A stretch of DNA of 32,000 nucleotides, from the sequence record OZ244522.1; one strand, given 5' to 3'. This document shows, piece by piece, positions 10,387 to 19,890 of this stretch. The position numbers were made by a program, and so were the translations under genes. The notes beneath the pieces are model-generated. The model searched no databases and was not told where the DNA came from. It saw nothing but the letters and a program-made list of their open reading frames with translations. The first letter of the stretch is position 1; each line of letters starts with the position of its first letter.

Positions 10387-11523
10387 ATGAAATCAGTCAT
10401 TTCTTTAAGCTCTGGGCCTTGTCCACTCAACACTATTAGAAAAATGCGATTAATCATCCTTTTTAGTTTTTTCTTTTATTCCTTTTTTCATAGCTTTGCT
10501 GCCCATATCCCCCAAGAGGAGGAATTGAGATGTTCTTTTCTTAATAAATTTTTAGATTATCTTTATAATTTATATTTTGATTCATTAGTCATAGTGGATA
10601 GTAATAGTTATTTAAGTTTAAACGGTATTTTAACTTTTTTAAGTTTAAGATCTTATGGGTCTAAGGTGGACTCTGCTTGGAACTTTAATAATACTAATTT
10701 TAGAAAGTTGTTTAAAGATAGCCCTCAGATACAGTTTGGTCCTATTCCTGAAGCCGTAAAATATTATTATAATTTATCTGTGGCTAAGGTCACAGAGCTC
10801 ATAGAAGAAGAATTATATAAAAAATCAGGTGTATATGCACTAGAAAATAATCTAGATAAAAAAAGATATATTGGTAGTGCTGATGATTTATCAGTACGAA
10901 TCAAACAACATATTAACCCTCTATCTGGTAAATCCAATTTGCGATTACAGCGTGCTATTAAAAAACATGGTTTACATAATTTTAATTTTATTGTTTATGA
11001 GTTTTATGATGCCCCCTTTAGACATCCTTCAGTGTTTTCTTTTTTGGAGCAATCCAAAAAGAATGAAATAACACTTAGTGAATTAGAAACTATTTATATT
11101 CAGTCATTTCATGCTTCTTCGCTGTATAATATTAAACGGATAGCGAATTCACTTTCAGGATATAAACACAAACTAAGATCTTTAAAAAAAATGAGGGATC
11201 GATACTTAACTTTAGTTCACCCCATGTTAGGGAAAACACATTCTCTGAGGGCACTAGCTAAAATTTCCGCAAGAGCTAAAGGAATGAATAATCCCAGATT
11301 TGGGTTTAAATTAACCAATGAGACTAAATCTTTAATGTCACAAAAAAAAAAGATCCCTCTTTATCTTTACGATCTTAATAATAACCTTATTCGATCATTT
11401 GAGAGTGGTTTAGAGGCAGCTGCTTTTTTTAAAGTACATAAGGCTACTATTTCTAAATATTTAAAACCAGGAAAATTTATTCAAGGTAAGTATATTCTTA
11501 CTCGTGAACAAAAGATAGATTAA
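10387..11523 (+). CDS. GIY-YIG homing endonuclease, intron-encoded, apparently intact (378 codons)
   Basis: It contains KSGVYALENNLDKKRYIGSADDLSVRIKQHI...RLQRAIKKHGLHNFNFIVYE, the GIY...YIG...R...N catalytic core. This is followed by repeated NUMOD-like helices (GYKHKLRSLKKMRD, GKTHSLRALAKISARAKG, NPRFGFKLTNETKSLMSQ). ATG 10387, TAA 11521-11523, no internal TGA. The roughly 150 aa before the GIY motif have no motif I recognise. Confidence 0.8.
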   Translation: MKSVISLSSGPCPLNTIRKMRLIILFSFFFYSFFHSFAAHIPQEEELRCSFLNKFLDYLYNLYFDSLVIVDSNSYLSLNGILTFLSLRSYGSKVDSAWNFNNTNFRKLFKDSPQIQFGPIPEAVKYYYNLSVAKVTELIEEELYKKSGVYALENNLDKKRYIGSADDLSVRIKQHINPLSGKSNLRLQRAIKKHGLHNFNFIVYEFYDAPFRHPSVFSFLEQSKKNEITLSELETIYIQSFHASSLYNIKRIANSLSGYKHKLRSLKKMRDRYLTLVHPMLGKTHSLRALAKISARAKGMNNPRFGFKLTNETKSLMSQKKKIPLYLYDLNNNLIRSFESGLEAAAFFKVHKATISKYLKPGKFIQGKYILTREQKID

Positions 11524-11555
11524 AATAAGACGAGGTAAAATTGAGTATATATTAG

Positions 11556-11915
11556 GAATCTGAATTAGTTGCTGGTTTTTTTACTGAACATTCTTCCGTA
11601 CCATTTGTGTTTTTCTTTCTTGCTGAGTATAGCTCCATAGTTTTATTCAGTACAATAACAGCTATCTTATTTTTTGGTGGCTATAATTTACCAGAAATAT
11701 TTATTAATGAAAGTTTTTTAAATTTACAAGCTATTTTTTTAGGATTGAAAACTTGTGTTTTCTGTTTTATGTTCGTTTTATTTAGGGCAACATTACCAAG
11801 ATTAAGATATGATGCTTTGATAGAATTATGTTGGTTAAATTTACTTCCAATAGCAGTAGCCTTAATTATATTAGTACCAAGTATTCTAGTAGCATTCGAT
11901 GTTGCTCCTTATTAA
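11556..11915 (+). CDS. nad1: NADH dehydrogenase subunit 1, exon 2
   Basis: From 11556 the frame reads ESELVAGFFTEHSSVPFVFFFLAEYSSIVLF...LFRATLPRLRYDALIELCWLNLLP...*, the conserved NAD1 C-terminal half. It shares the frame of track ORF 11607..11915. Exons sum to 999 nt (332 aa plus stop). Confidence 0.85.
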   Translation, partial: ESELVAGFFTEHSSVPFVFFFLAEYSSIVLFSTITAILFFGGYNLPEIFINESFLNLQAIFLGLKTCVFCFMFVLFRATLPRLRYDALIELCWLNLLPIAVALIILVPSILVAFDVAPY

Positions 11916-11998
11916 AATAACTTTATTTTATATTAAGATTAGCCATTACAATTAGCTTATTCTTTATATGTTAAAATTTAAATTACTTTTCAATTTTA

Positions 11999-12022
11999 TT
12001 GGCTGGCTGGCGGAGGGCCACT
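11999..12022 (+). repeat. GC-rich 24-mer, ttGGCTGGCTGGCGGAGGGCCACT, 84 nt downstream of the nad1 stop
   Basis: It matches 5056-5078 with one substitution and one extra G. Confidence 0.8.
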
Positions 12023-12555
12023 TCGAATCCTTATATTAATCTATTCTGAGAAGGTTAAATAAAATTTCTAAATTTAGTAATGTAATTATAGTTCTTCCAA
12101 ATACCACTGGTTTAACAGATGTAGGGAGAGAGGTTGAGGAAAACTAATAATTTAGATAAAGTCTTAAGGCCTTACACGGCAAATGGCTGGCCTCGATTTA
12201 TTGCTCGCCCTTTTCCAGTCCAGACCTTCTCCAAAAATTTACCCCATTTTTCTATATCGCCTGATTTAGTTTCCAGCGAAAGATAAATAATTAGGGCCGT
12301 ATAGTGAGGTCTTTTTTTTTTCTCTTCTATATATTTTCTTCTATATATTTTAAAGGGCGGAAAAGTAAAGTAGTTAGGATGCCAGTAGAATAATATCCAG
12401 ACAAATTTATAAATTTAAGCTATAAATATTTATATGGTTTATCTAAAGTAAAAGATTAAAGGAAGGACTACTATTAAATTTTTTATATTAACCAAGCGTA
12501 CAACGGAAAGTTATAACCCTATAAAAGCTAACACAGTTAATGAAAAAGAAGGGTG

Positions 12556-12775
12556 CCTCACCTCCCCTCAATCTCTTTTTACACTGAAATCTTTATACCT
12601 CTGTCTCTTCCTCTATACCTATCCATCCCTGCCCCCAACACTTTATCCCTGTTCCGCATCCTTTATGGTATATTGATAAGGGCGAGAGGTGAATAGGAAA
12701 GTAGGACGAGGTGTCGTTTTTGGTCGATAAGTAGGGATAGGGGGTAACAGGTGAAAAAAGGAGAGGGCGGGAATA
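12556..12775. repeat. GC module (long)
   Basis: cctcacctcccctcaatctc...ctcttcctctatacctatccatccctgcccccaacactttatccctgttccgc / gataagggcgagaggtgaataggaaagtaggacgaggtg...gtagggatagggggtaacaggtgaaaaaaggagagggcgggaat. Confidence 0.55.
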
Positions 12776-12964
12776 AATGTTTCTGGTTTTATTAGTTCTT
12801 ATACTCTAAATAATAGGTAAAGAGGCATACAAACACTGATAAATAATTAGAAGTATTATCTAACTTATAATTTTTAATGTTTAATTTACCCTTGACGATT
12901 TAATACCGTAAGAGACTAAGTACTGTTATTTGATCTTCTGACTCTAACAAACAGAGCGATCAAT

Positions 12965-13315
12965 GTATATATCTTTTTAGACAAAAATACAAATAAACTA
13001 TACGTTGGTTCTACTAATAATTTTGGACAGCGTTTTCATGTTTATTTAAAACCAAGTGAGAGATTCACAAGTATAAGAGGTTCTTTTGGAAAATTATTAA
13101 GCGGAAATGACATAACAGATTTAATATTCAGCGTAGCGATAAGGTCTCTGCCTTCAGCAGCCAGTCACTAAATAAATAAGCTGAAATTTATAGCATATTT
13201 CTTTTGAACAATATTTCTTTTTAAAGTTAAACCTTACTTTAATGATGTTTATATTGCTGGTTCAGGAGGGGAAACAGTTTTTTCAGACGAGGATTTAATA
13301 AATAAATGAAAGTAA
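12965..13315 (+). pseudogene. free-standing GIY-YIG endonuclease relic in the nad1-nad6 spacer
   Basis: 12965-13171 reads VYIFLDKNTNKLYVGSTNNFGQRFHVYLKP...* (GIY / YVGS / R motifs). From about 13204, in another frame, it reads FEQYFFLKLNLTLN, and after a further shift DVYIAGSGGETVFSDEDL. This matches the usual LEQYyl..l.P.lN..AGS segment. At least 2 frameshifts and a stop, and no NUMOD tail. Confidence 0.55.
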
Positions 13316-13596
13316 AATAAATTTATCCCTATATTTATATAGCGGTCTCTAGACCTGCTTACTGAATTTCTGTTAAATTTTGAGTCTAGTATACCGACTC
13401 CTCCCAGCCTTGCAAATATTTCTATAAAGGCGAAGCCCTTAAATAATCTTGTACTTATTCATACAATTTTCCTTATAAACACACTAAAATTGTTATCTTG
13501 TAGATGGAATAGTTTTAGAACATTACTTAGGAATTAGATAAAAATATCTGGCGTAGCCTTTAGCTTAAGTAATTAAATTGATATCCGTCTCTATGA

Positions 13597-13736
13597 GCTT
13601 TTCCGGGCCAATATTCCTTTAGTTTCCTTTTCCCTGATTATTAAACTTATAGTATAAGAACCGGTTTTGTCCTGATGTTATAAATAATTGGAAAATAAAA
13701 GAGGTCTAGGGGGGAATAGGGCCGGAAAAGCGGTGT
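13597..13736. repeat. clear inverted repeat: about 20-nt GC-rich termini around an AT-rich core of about 95 nt
   Basis: Left arm gcttttccgggccaatattcc (13597-13617). The reverse complement of the right arm (about 13715-13736) is gcttttccggccctattcc. About 18 of 21 positions match. Confidence 0.7.
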
Positions 13737-13757
13737 GACACACAAATAATGCTTGAC

Positions 13758-13895
13758 CTTCTACCCTTTAAGCCTTTTACCTGAGCCTCGGCCTCGTCTA
13801 ATCCTTCTATTTAATTTTAACTTGTAAGATATAGACCGAGATGAACCCTGAGGAGCGTAGCTAGACGTAAAAAAAGTTAAGAGTAGGCCGAAGAT
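13758..13895. repeat. GC module
   Basis: ccttctaccctttaagccttttacctgagcctcggcctcgtctaatccttc / agaccgagatgaaccctgaggagcgtagctagacg...gagtaggccgaag. Confidence 0.45.
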
Positions 13896-14608
13896 CTAAA
13901 TAAGAAAAAATTTAATAACAGTATTTAGTATAAAGCCGAAGGACTCCGAAAACTTTATTAAAAATTTTAAGTTTTTATTTTTCCTCAAAAAGTTTTTATA
14001 ATTGGGAGAGTGACTAGCCATTAATATAAAAATTATCTGATCCTGACTAAGAGCCGTTATACTTAGCTTCTTTAGCTTCTTTCAGTGATTAGGTGAGGTT
14101 TGAAAAAAGACTAAACAAAAGTTTTAAGAAATATGTAATAGCAAACCTTTTAACTTAAAATTTTTTTTAATAATAAACTTCTGGCCTTGTACTTTTTACT
14201 TGACTTATGTTCAGTCCATACTCACTATGAACACTTTTATTTTAGTCCTAATTTCTAAAGGGCCGAAAATTCCCAGCTATTAGCCTCTTTTATAAGAGTT
14301 GTCCTGTAGGTCAAGGACGGAAAGAGATATTAGCATATTATATTTCCGTTTTATGGGTATTATTTGCATCTTTTAAATAAAAGGTAATAGTTTTAACCAG
14401 AGCTGAGGTGATGAAGCCTTTAGGCAGTCAGGGAGAGGGTTTACATTTTTTAGATAAAAACTAAAATTAAAATTAATATAATCTACTTTCTTAGACCATT
14501 AGTCTCTAAGCTAAATTATAACCTGGTCTTTTACCAGGTTGCTAGCTAAAATTTTACATAAAACTAGCAGAAATTTATTATTAATTCAATATTTTTTTTT
14601 TAATTTAT

Positions 14609-14709
14609 CCTAACCAGCTCTCGCCCACCCACTTTTTTATATTCCATACCGTCTACTACCCCTACATTCTTTAGGTTTTAAGATAGGCAGAAGTGGAAAC
14701 AGGCGAGAT
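14609..14709. repeat. GC module
   Basis: cctaaccagctctcgcccacccac...ccataccgtctactacccctac / agataggcagaagtggaaacaggcgagat. Confidence 0.5.
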
Positions 14710-15088
14710 AAAATGAATGACTACTCTGTAAATGATATATTAGCTCTTATAAAGACTAGGGTATCTTATTTTTTTTTTTTATCAGATTAGTACTAGTCTA
14801 GAAAACGTCTGTTTCTTCCTTTTCGGATCTTCTTCTACTTTTTATTTCAAATCTCAGTCAGTTTGGTTGAGCTAGACTCATTGACTAATTTTATTATTTA
14901 TAGTTTATAATATTAAAGTTAATATAGGTCGCCCTAAATTTGAACCGGTTGGTCAGTCTAAACTTTTATTACATTTATACCCTGAGCCTTAAGTCATCCT
15001 TATTTAAACTAGCTTTTATATGAAATTTAATATTTCAAAGGTTTAAGTCTCGTTATTTTTAATGGAACTGGGACTTTAGGTACTCAAT

Positions 15089-15139
15089 CCATTCCCTCTC
15101 CCTTTCTAGCTAAACCCACAGGGAGAGGGGCGGAAATGG
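15089..15139. repeat. compact GC hairpin
   Basis: Left arm ccattccctctccctttc. The reverse complement of the right arm (acagggagaggggcggaaatgg) is ccatttccgcccctctccctgt. Loop ttctagctaaaccc. Confidence 0.7.
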
Positions 15140-15212
15140 TAAAGGGACTGCGGAGGTTAAATAAAACAATTAAAACAGTTCGAGGGTTAAAAAATTTTAA
15201 CCTAAATTTACT

Positions 15213-15440
15213 CACCTAGCCCTTACCCTTATCCCTTCTTCTTTATTAGCCTGACCCTTTCCAGTCTGGTCCCTGCCTCTACCACTAATACAAACACTTT
15301 TACTTTTTCCTTAGTTCTACCTCTCGGCTTTTATCTCTATTCAGCCCTCACCCTTTATATCTATGCTGTAGAGGCTAAAGGTGGTGATAGTTAAAAGCCG
15401 AAGGGGGCGTATTGTTGTAGTTAAAGTTAAAAGGAATTGA
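15213..15440. repeat. GC module (long CT arm)
   Basis: cacctagcccttacccttatcccttcttc...ctgaccctttccagtctggtccctgcctctacc...cagccctcaccctttat / gtagaggctaaaggtggtgatag..aagccgaagggggcg. Confidence 0.5.
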
Positions 15441-15688
15441 GTACTTAATGCTGGCTAGATATTTATAAAGGCGAGGGGCTAGTCCTATATCTAGTTGTAA
15501 GGTTAGCCTGGGTCGATTTGGTCTTTTATAGTTGAGCCCTGTGAAATTAAAATAAAGAAGAAAAGGGCAAGGATGAATCCAAATAACTTTTTTTTATAAA
15601 GATGTTAAAGCTGGAGTATTTAAAATAAAAATTTATAAAATTTTTTTAATTTTTTTTTAATAATAGATGGCTTTTCTTTTTTAAATTT

Positions 15689-16291
15689 ATGAAAAATATA
15701 TTATTATCTTTATTTGCTTTTACTACTGTCTTTTCAAGTATTTTAGTTATAACTTCTAAGAATCCAGTAGTCGCTGTTATTTTTTTAATTTCAGTTTTTC
15801 TATGCTCAGCTGAAATTTTGTTAGAATTAGGGGTGGGATTTGTAGGAATTTCTTATATAATCTTATACGTAGGGGCTATAACAGTATTATTTCTTTTTGT
15901 TTTAATGTCTATAAACATTAAATTAACTGATATACTTGAAGCAGGTACTCAATATACCAAAAATATCCCTTTAGCTTTTTCTATTGGTGTACTATTTACT
16001 TATGAGTTAATTAAAATATTCCCCTTTAATATTAAAAATGTATCTATTTTAGATATTTTTGTGGAATTCTTAAAAGTTCTAAATGAATTAGTATTAGGAA
16101 CACCTAGCCACACTCTTTCAAATATTTTTACCGCTTTTTCTAGTGTAATAGATACAAAAATATCTAGCTTCTTACAAATAGAATCTCTAGGCTTATTTAT
16201 TTACACTGATGGATCTTTAATCTTAATTATTTGTTCGTTAATTTTGTTACTATCTCTTTCTGCTCCTATTTTTATTTCTCGAAAGAGTTAA
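15689..16291 (+). CDS. nad6: NADH dehydrogenase subunit 6
   Basis: 200-codon ORF: ...ITSKNPVVAVIFLISVFLCSAEILLELGVGFVGISYIILYVGAITVLFLFVLMSINIKL...LQIESLGLFIYTDGSLILIICSLILLLSL. This is the typical NAD6 pattern (SKNP, YxxVYVGAIxVLFLFV, C-terminal LYT...ILLL). ATG 15689, TAA stop. Confidence 0.85.
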   Translation: MKNILLSLFAFTTVFSSILVITSKNPVVAVIFLISVFLCSAEILLELGVGFVGISYIILYVGAITVLFLFVLMSINIKLTDILEAGTQYTKNIPLAFSIGVLFTYELIKIFPFNIKNVSILDIFVEFLKVLNELVLGTPSHTLSNIFTAFSSVIDTKISSFLQIESLGLFIYTDGSLILIICSLILLLSLSAPIFISRKS

Positions 16292-16469
16292 TAATCTAAA
16301 TTTATTAGTTTAGAGCTAAACTACCTTAAAAAAAAGTGGTTTATCTTTTTAAATTCCTTTTTTATTTCTGCTTTTATTATGTCTTTATCCTTGGCCCATT
16401 TATTTTTCTTTTTTTTTTAACGAACACAATAGGTACGGGTAACAGACTTATTTTCTTCCCAAAATAAAT

Positions 16470-16567
16470 AACCTCCCTATCCCAGCCTTCGCAATTACCT
16501 CTTTGCCCTTTGCCTATAGACGGTCAAGCGAGGAGAGGGCGAGGGGCGTTATAGGGAGAAATGGGTT
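16470..16567. repeat. GC module, imperfect inverted repeat
   Basis: aacctccctatcccagccttcgc...ctttgccctttgcc / gcgaggagagggcgaggggcgttatagggagaaatgggtt. The terminal tccctat pairs with ataggga. Confidence 0.6.
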
Positions 16568-16818
16568 AATAAAAAAAGGTTATAATTTACACAACTTATT
16601 TACTCTTTAATCGTCTTTCAATCTTTTTCGCCTATTTAAAAGGTTAGCCTAAAGGTTTGGTTTTGCTAAGATAAAAGAAAATATTACATGACTTGAAAAA
16701 TAGGAAGAGGAGTTTATTCAAGTACTTAAGTGTAGGTGGTCAGAAACCTTCATCCTTAAAAAGCGTATTATATTGGCTTGAATTAAATAGGTCTCGTATT
16801 CAAAAAAAATCTGTTTTT

Positions 16819-16943
16819 CGGTCCTCGCCCTTTAGCCCTTTCAGCCCCTATCGCCATTCTTTCCTGTACCGGCCCTGATTCTTTTACGAGATGGGAAAGG
16901 GCGAAGGTCGGAATAGGGATAAGGGGAAAAGGGTGGGTAGGGA
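16819..16943. repeat. GC module, imperfect inverted repeat
   Basis: cggtcctcgccctttagccctttcagcccctatcgccattctttcc / gggaaagggcgaaggtcggaatagggataaggggaaaagggtgggtaggg. Pairing blocks: ctttcc/ggaaag, tcgcc/ggcga, ccccta/taggga. Confidence 0.6.
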
Positions 16944-17973
16944 TATTTTTTAAACAGATTGGACATCATATGAAAGATTAAAAAATTAAGGATATAGAAG
17001 AATTTCTAGTGTTTTTTTTATTCCTCTGAAATATAAATATTTTTGAGATAAGTATGTGGTAAGGAATTAAAATTTTAATTTAAGGTTTCATCTTCGGTTT
17101 AAGCCTGACCGAGCCAGAGGCTAAATCTAACACAATTAAAAAGAGAGGAAAAATCCTCCATCCATTCCTTCACTTAGTCAACCACTAACATGAATAAATA
17201 GAATTTCTCATACTAGAAAAATTTTAAGTAAAGAGGTTAAATATAAAGTTAATAATTCATTAAGAGCCTTGGTGTAAGATAAATAAGGGCAGAGGTATTA
17301 TTTTTAACAATTCTTTTTTTATTTTTTAATTTATATCAGTATAAACTAAGTTTATCAACAAGATACCTGGGATTATTTATCAGGTGCTATTAGCCTATTT
17401 GAATTTATTACTATTTAAAAATTTTTAAACGTTAACTAATTACGGTTAAACAGCTTGCTTATTTTCAGTCTCCCTGTATAACGATAGGATGTTTATTAAA
17501 AAAATTTTTTTTTTCTTTATCAGTTTATTTAAGCCTGCTCCCATCCTTGTTTTTGGCTCTTACATCTCTCCAGGTCAACCTTAATAATCATTGGGCCGGA
17601 GAATTATGGAATAAGTGTCAGCTTCCCCCTTTTTTTAAGCTTTGGCTATGGTGGTAAACTGTTAAGGTTTAAGATTTAAAGACTTTTGATGTGTTGACTA
17701 GTGTGGCCTTTTAATATAAGAGATAAAACTCTTCTTAATATCTCAGTTTATCCTTAAATTGCATGATTATGCTAACTTAGGTTTAAGATGTAATGGTGAG
17801 TTTAAATATTAGAGCTAGGGCTACATTTTTAGAAATAGCCAGTGAGCCGTAAGGCCTTAAAATTCTCTTGTTCAGGCTACGTTGGCTAACTATTATTAAA
17901 CAGAAATATGATAGCGCCTTTAAGAGTATGATAAAGAATAGTAAAAAAAAAAAATAAAATTTTCTTAAATTTA

Positions 17974-18366
17974 ATGAGATTATTAAAAGGTAATGTAATT
18001 TTGAGGTTAGCTAACTCTTATTTTATTGATTCTCCTCAGCCAGCTAATATCTCTTACTTGTGAAATTTTGGTTCTTTATTAGGAGCTTGTCTTATTTTAC
18101 AAATATTAACTGGGGTTTTCTTAGCAATGCACTATCAAGCCCATGTAGATTTTGCTTTTAGCTCAGTAGAACATATTATGAGAGATGTTAATGCCGGTTG
18201 GGCTTTAAGATACGCCCATGCTAACATCGCTTCATTCTTTTTCATTTTTGTTTATGCTCATATTGGAAGAGGATTATATTACAGTTCTTATCGAGAACCT
18301 AGAGGTTTAGTTTGGACGATTGGAGTAATAATCTTTGTTCTTATGATGGCTACAGCTTTCTTGGGT
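17974..18366 (+). CDS. cob: apocytochrome b, exon 1 (codons 1-131)
   Basis: From ATG 17974: [54 protein letters not shown]...[37 protein letters not shown]...[10 protein letters not shown]. An in-frame TGA at 18061-18063 falls on the invariant Trp of YLWNFGS, so TGA=Trp. This is why the track ORF only starts at 18127. The border could equally lie after TAT 18369, because TAT occurs at both junctions. Confidence 0.9.
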
Positions 18367-19384
18367 TATAAACATAGCCCCAAATGGTCTAATTTCAAGA
18401 ATTATAAATTTAAATTTGCAGAATCATTACAAGAAGAAAACATAAGAAAAAGGGCTAATCCTTTTTTTATACCTAGTTTTTCTAGGCTAGAAGTTCTTAA
18501 CTTAAGTAATTCGTGCCCCGCAAAAATAAATAATCCCTTTTCACTTTTAAAAAGTGTAGGAAAAAGATCTTATTCTACTTTCTCTTTTAATAAAAATGAT
18601 ACACACTTCCCAAGTAAGTTATTAACTGAAATTTTAAAAGAATAAAATTTAAAGTCTGTTTATTGTTATGAAGATTTACACTTAGATACTACAAGAAAAA
18701 AATACAAGTGGAGACTAAAAATCTTAGTGGTATATATCTAATATTAAATAAAATGACATTGGATTTTTATATAGGGCTACTAAAAGATTTTATGCCAGAT
18801 TTTCTAATCATTTAATTTAATTTCGTGGTAGTAAATTTGTTAAGTTAGCAGTTAAAAAATACAAACTTTCTCAATTTGCGTTTATTATATTAGAATTATT
18901 CCCTGAAGTAGTAAATAAGCAAAATAATAAAAAATTATTAGACTTAGAAGACTTTTATTTAAAATCTTTATTGCCTAATTACAATATCTTAACTGAAGCT
19001 GGTTCAAGTTTTGGTTATAAGCATACAGAGCTTTCACGTATAAAAATTAAATCTCAGTATAGTCTTGAACGACGTGAACGAATAGGAAATTTAACCCCTT
19101 GCGGGAGAGGAAAAACCTTCTCTATGGAAACAATAGAAAAAATAAGAAATAAAGCTCTTATTAAAAAAACTCCTCTCCCGCAAGGGTCCCGCCAGGGTCC
19201 CGCAAGGGGTTATACTACACAAGGTATTTTAAATATGAAAAAGCATTCTAAAGCCGTTATATTATATAATCTTGACTATGCAGTATATGGTGAATTTTCT
19301 AGTGTTGTAGAAGCAGCAAAAGCAATTAATTGTGATGAAAAAACAATAAGGAGAGCTTTAAAAACAGAAAAAAAAAATTATTAA
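18367..19384 (+). pseudogene. GIY-YIG homing endonuclease pseudogene, originally fused in frame to cob exon 1
   Basis: The exon frame continues to TAA 18643-18645, then reads NLKSVYCYEDLHLDTTRKK. After a shift in the A-run near 18696-18702 it reads IQVETKNLSGIYLILNKMTLDFYIG. After another shift near 18778 it reads ATKRFYARFSNHLI*FRGSKFVKLAVKKYKLSQFAFIILE...LPNYNILTEAGSSFGYKHTELSRIKI...KTFSMETIEKIRNKAL...EFSSVVEAAKAINCDEKTIRRAL. At least 2 stops and 2 frameshifts, plus GC-rich insertions at 19093-19110 and 19172-19211. Confidence 0.75.
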
Positions 19385-19744
19385 AAAGACAGTTGATTGT
19401 TAAGGCCTTAGCCCTATCGACCAGCTCCCTCTCCTTATAGGTTTATGGGCTGGGCGGCGAAGCCAGAAAAGGAAAATAAATAAATTTAGAATTTTGACCA
19501 TAGTCCCACAAGTTTAAATTTTTATGCAACTTCTAGAGGAAAATAAAAATAAAGTGGAATAACCTGACAAGGTTATTGAAGAAGTTAGGAAACTTCTTTG
19601 GTTATATTAGTGTAACGATCAAAAGATATTAAAAAAATTTTTTTTTTTTGTTTTTAGCTTATCTCTAGCATTAAGGGCTCCGACGCCTGTGAAAATTTTA
19701 TAAATAAAAGGCGTAAGACAAAAATCCAATCGAAAGCTGGTTTT

Positions 19745-19890
19745 CCTTTTCTTCAATAACCCCAGCCCTGATCATGCCACTGCCTCAGCCACTGCCCCTG
19801 CCACTGCCTCTCTCGGGAGAAGGGTGATAGCTAGCCGTCAGCCTTTTATCCCTAGGTGTCGGAGACAGAGGGAGCGGAATAGGTAGCCTG
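19745..19890. repeat. GC module in cob intron 1, containing a 3 x 12-nt tandem GCCACTGCCYCW (19776-19811)
   Basis: ...ccccagccctgatcat gccactgcctca gccactgcccct gccactgcctct ctcgggagaagggtgatag...ggtgtcggagacagagggagcggaataggtagcc. Confidence 0.6.

Larger units (their letters stand above)
9823..11555 (+). mobile_element. group I intron in nad1 (ORF-bearing)
   Basis: It splits the conserved FDLQEA|ESELVAGF junction. The 5' exon ends in T (9822) and the intron ends in G (11555). It carries the tatatgcttgaaaa motif (9936-9949), also seen in cob intron 5 and the nad2 intron. Q/R-like core: ttagcag (10068-10074) and actcagagattttacg (10086-10101). attttac (10094-10100) can pair with gtaaaat (11535-11541) just after the ORF, which looks like P7. 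Confidence 0.75.

Noticed and set aside
10871-11071. 66-aa alternative-frame ORF inside the GIY-YIG gene
   Set aside because: It is an overlapping frame of a well-supported ORF and has no motif.
11999-12035. tRNA-like T-loop string ggccacttcgaatcc
   Set aside because: The flanking sequence cannot form a T stem, acceptor stem or anticodon arm. It is part of the GC-rich 23-mer repeat.
16693-16878. 61-aa ORF ending in SSPFSPFSPYRHSF
   Set aside because: Its 3' half is the CT arm of the module at 16819-16943. This is a compositional artefact.
16819-16943. Impression that GA arms are the direct (parallel, non-reversed) complement of CT arms, for example cagcc versus gtcgg
   Set aside because: Re-alignment shows ordinary antiparallel pairing blocks (ctttcc/ggaaag, tcgcc/ggcga, ccccta/taggga). 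The parallel resemblance arises because each arm is internally quasi-mirror-symmetric and low-complexity. It would need a statistical test before being taken seriously.
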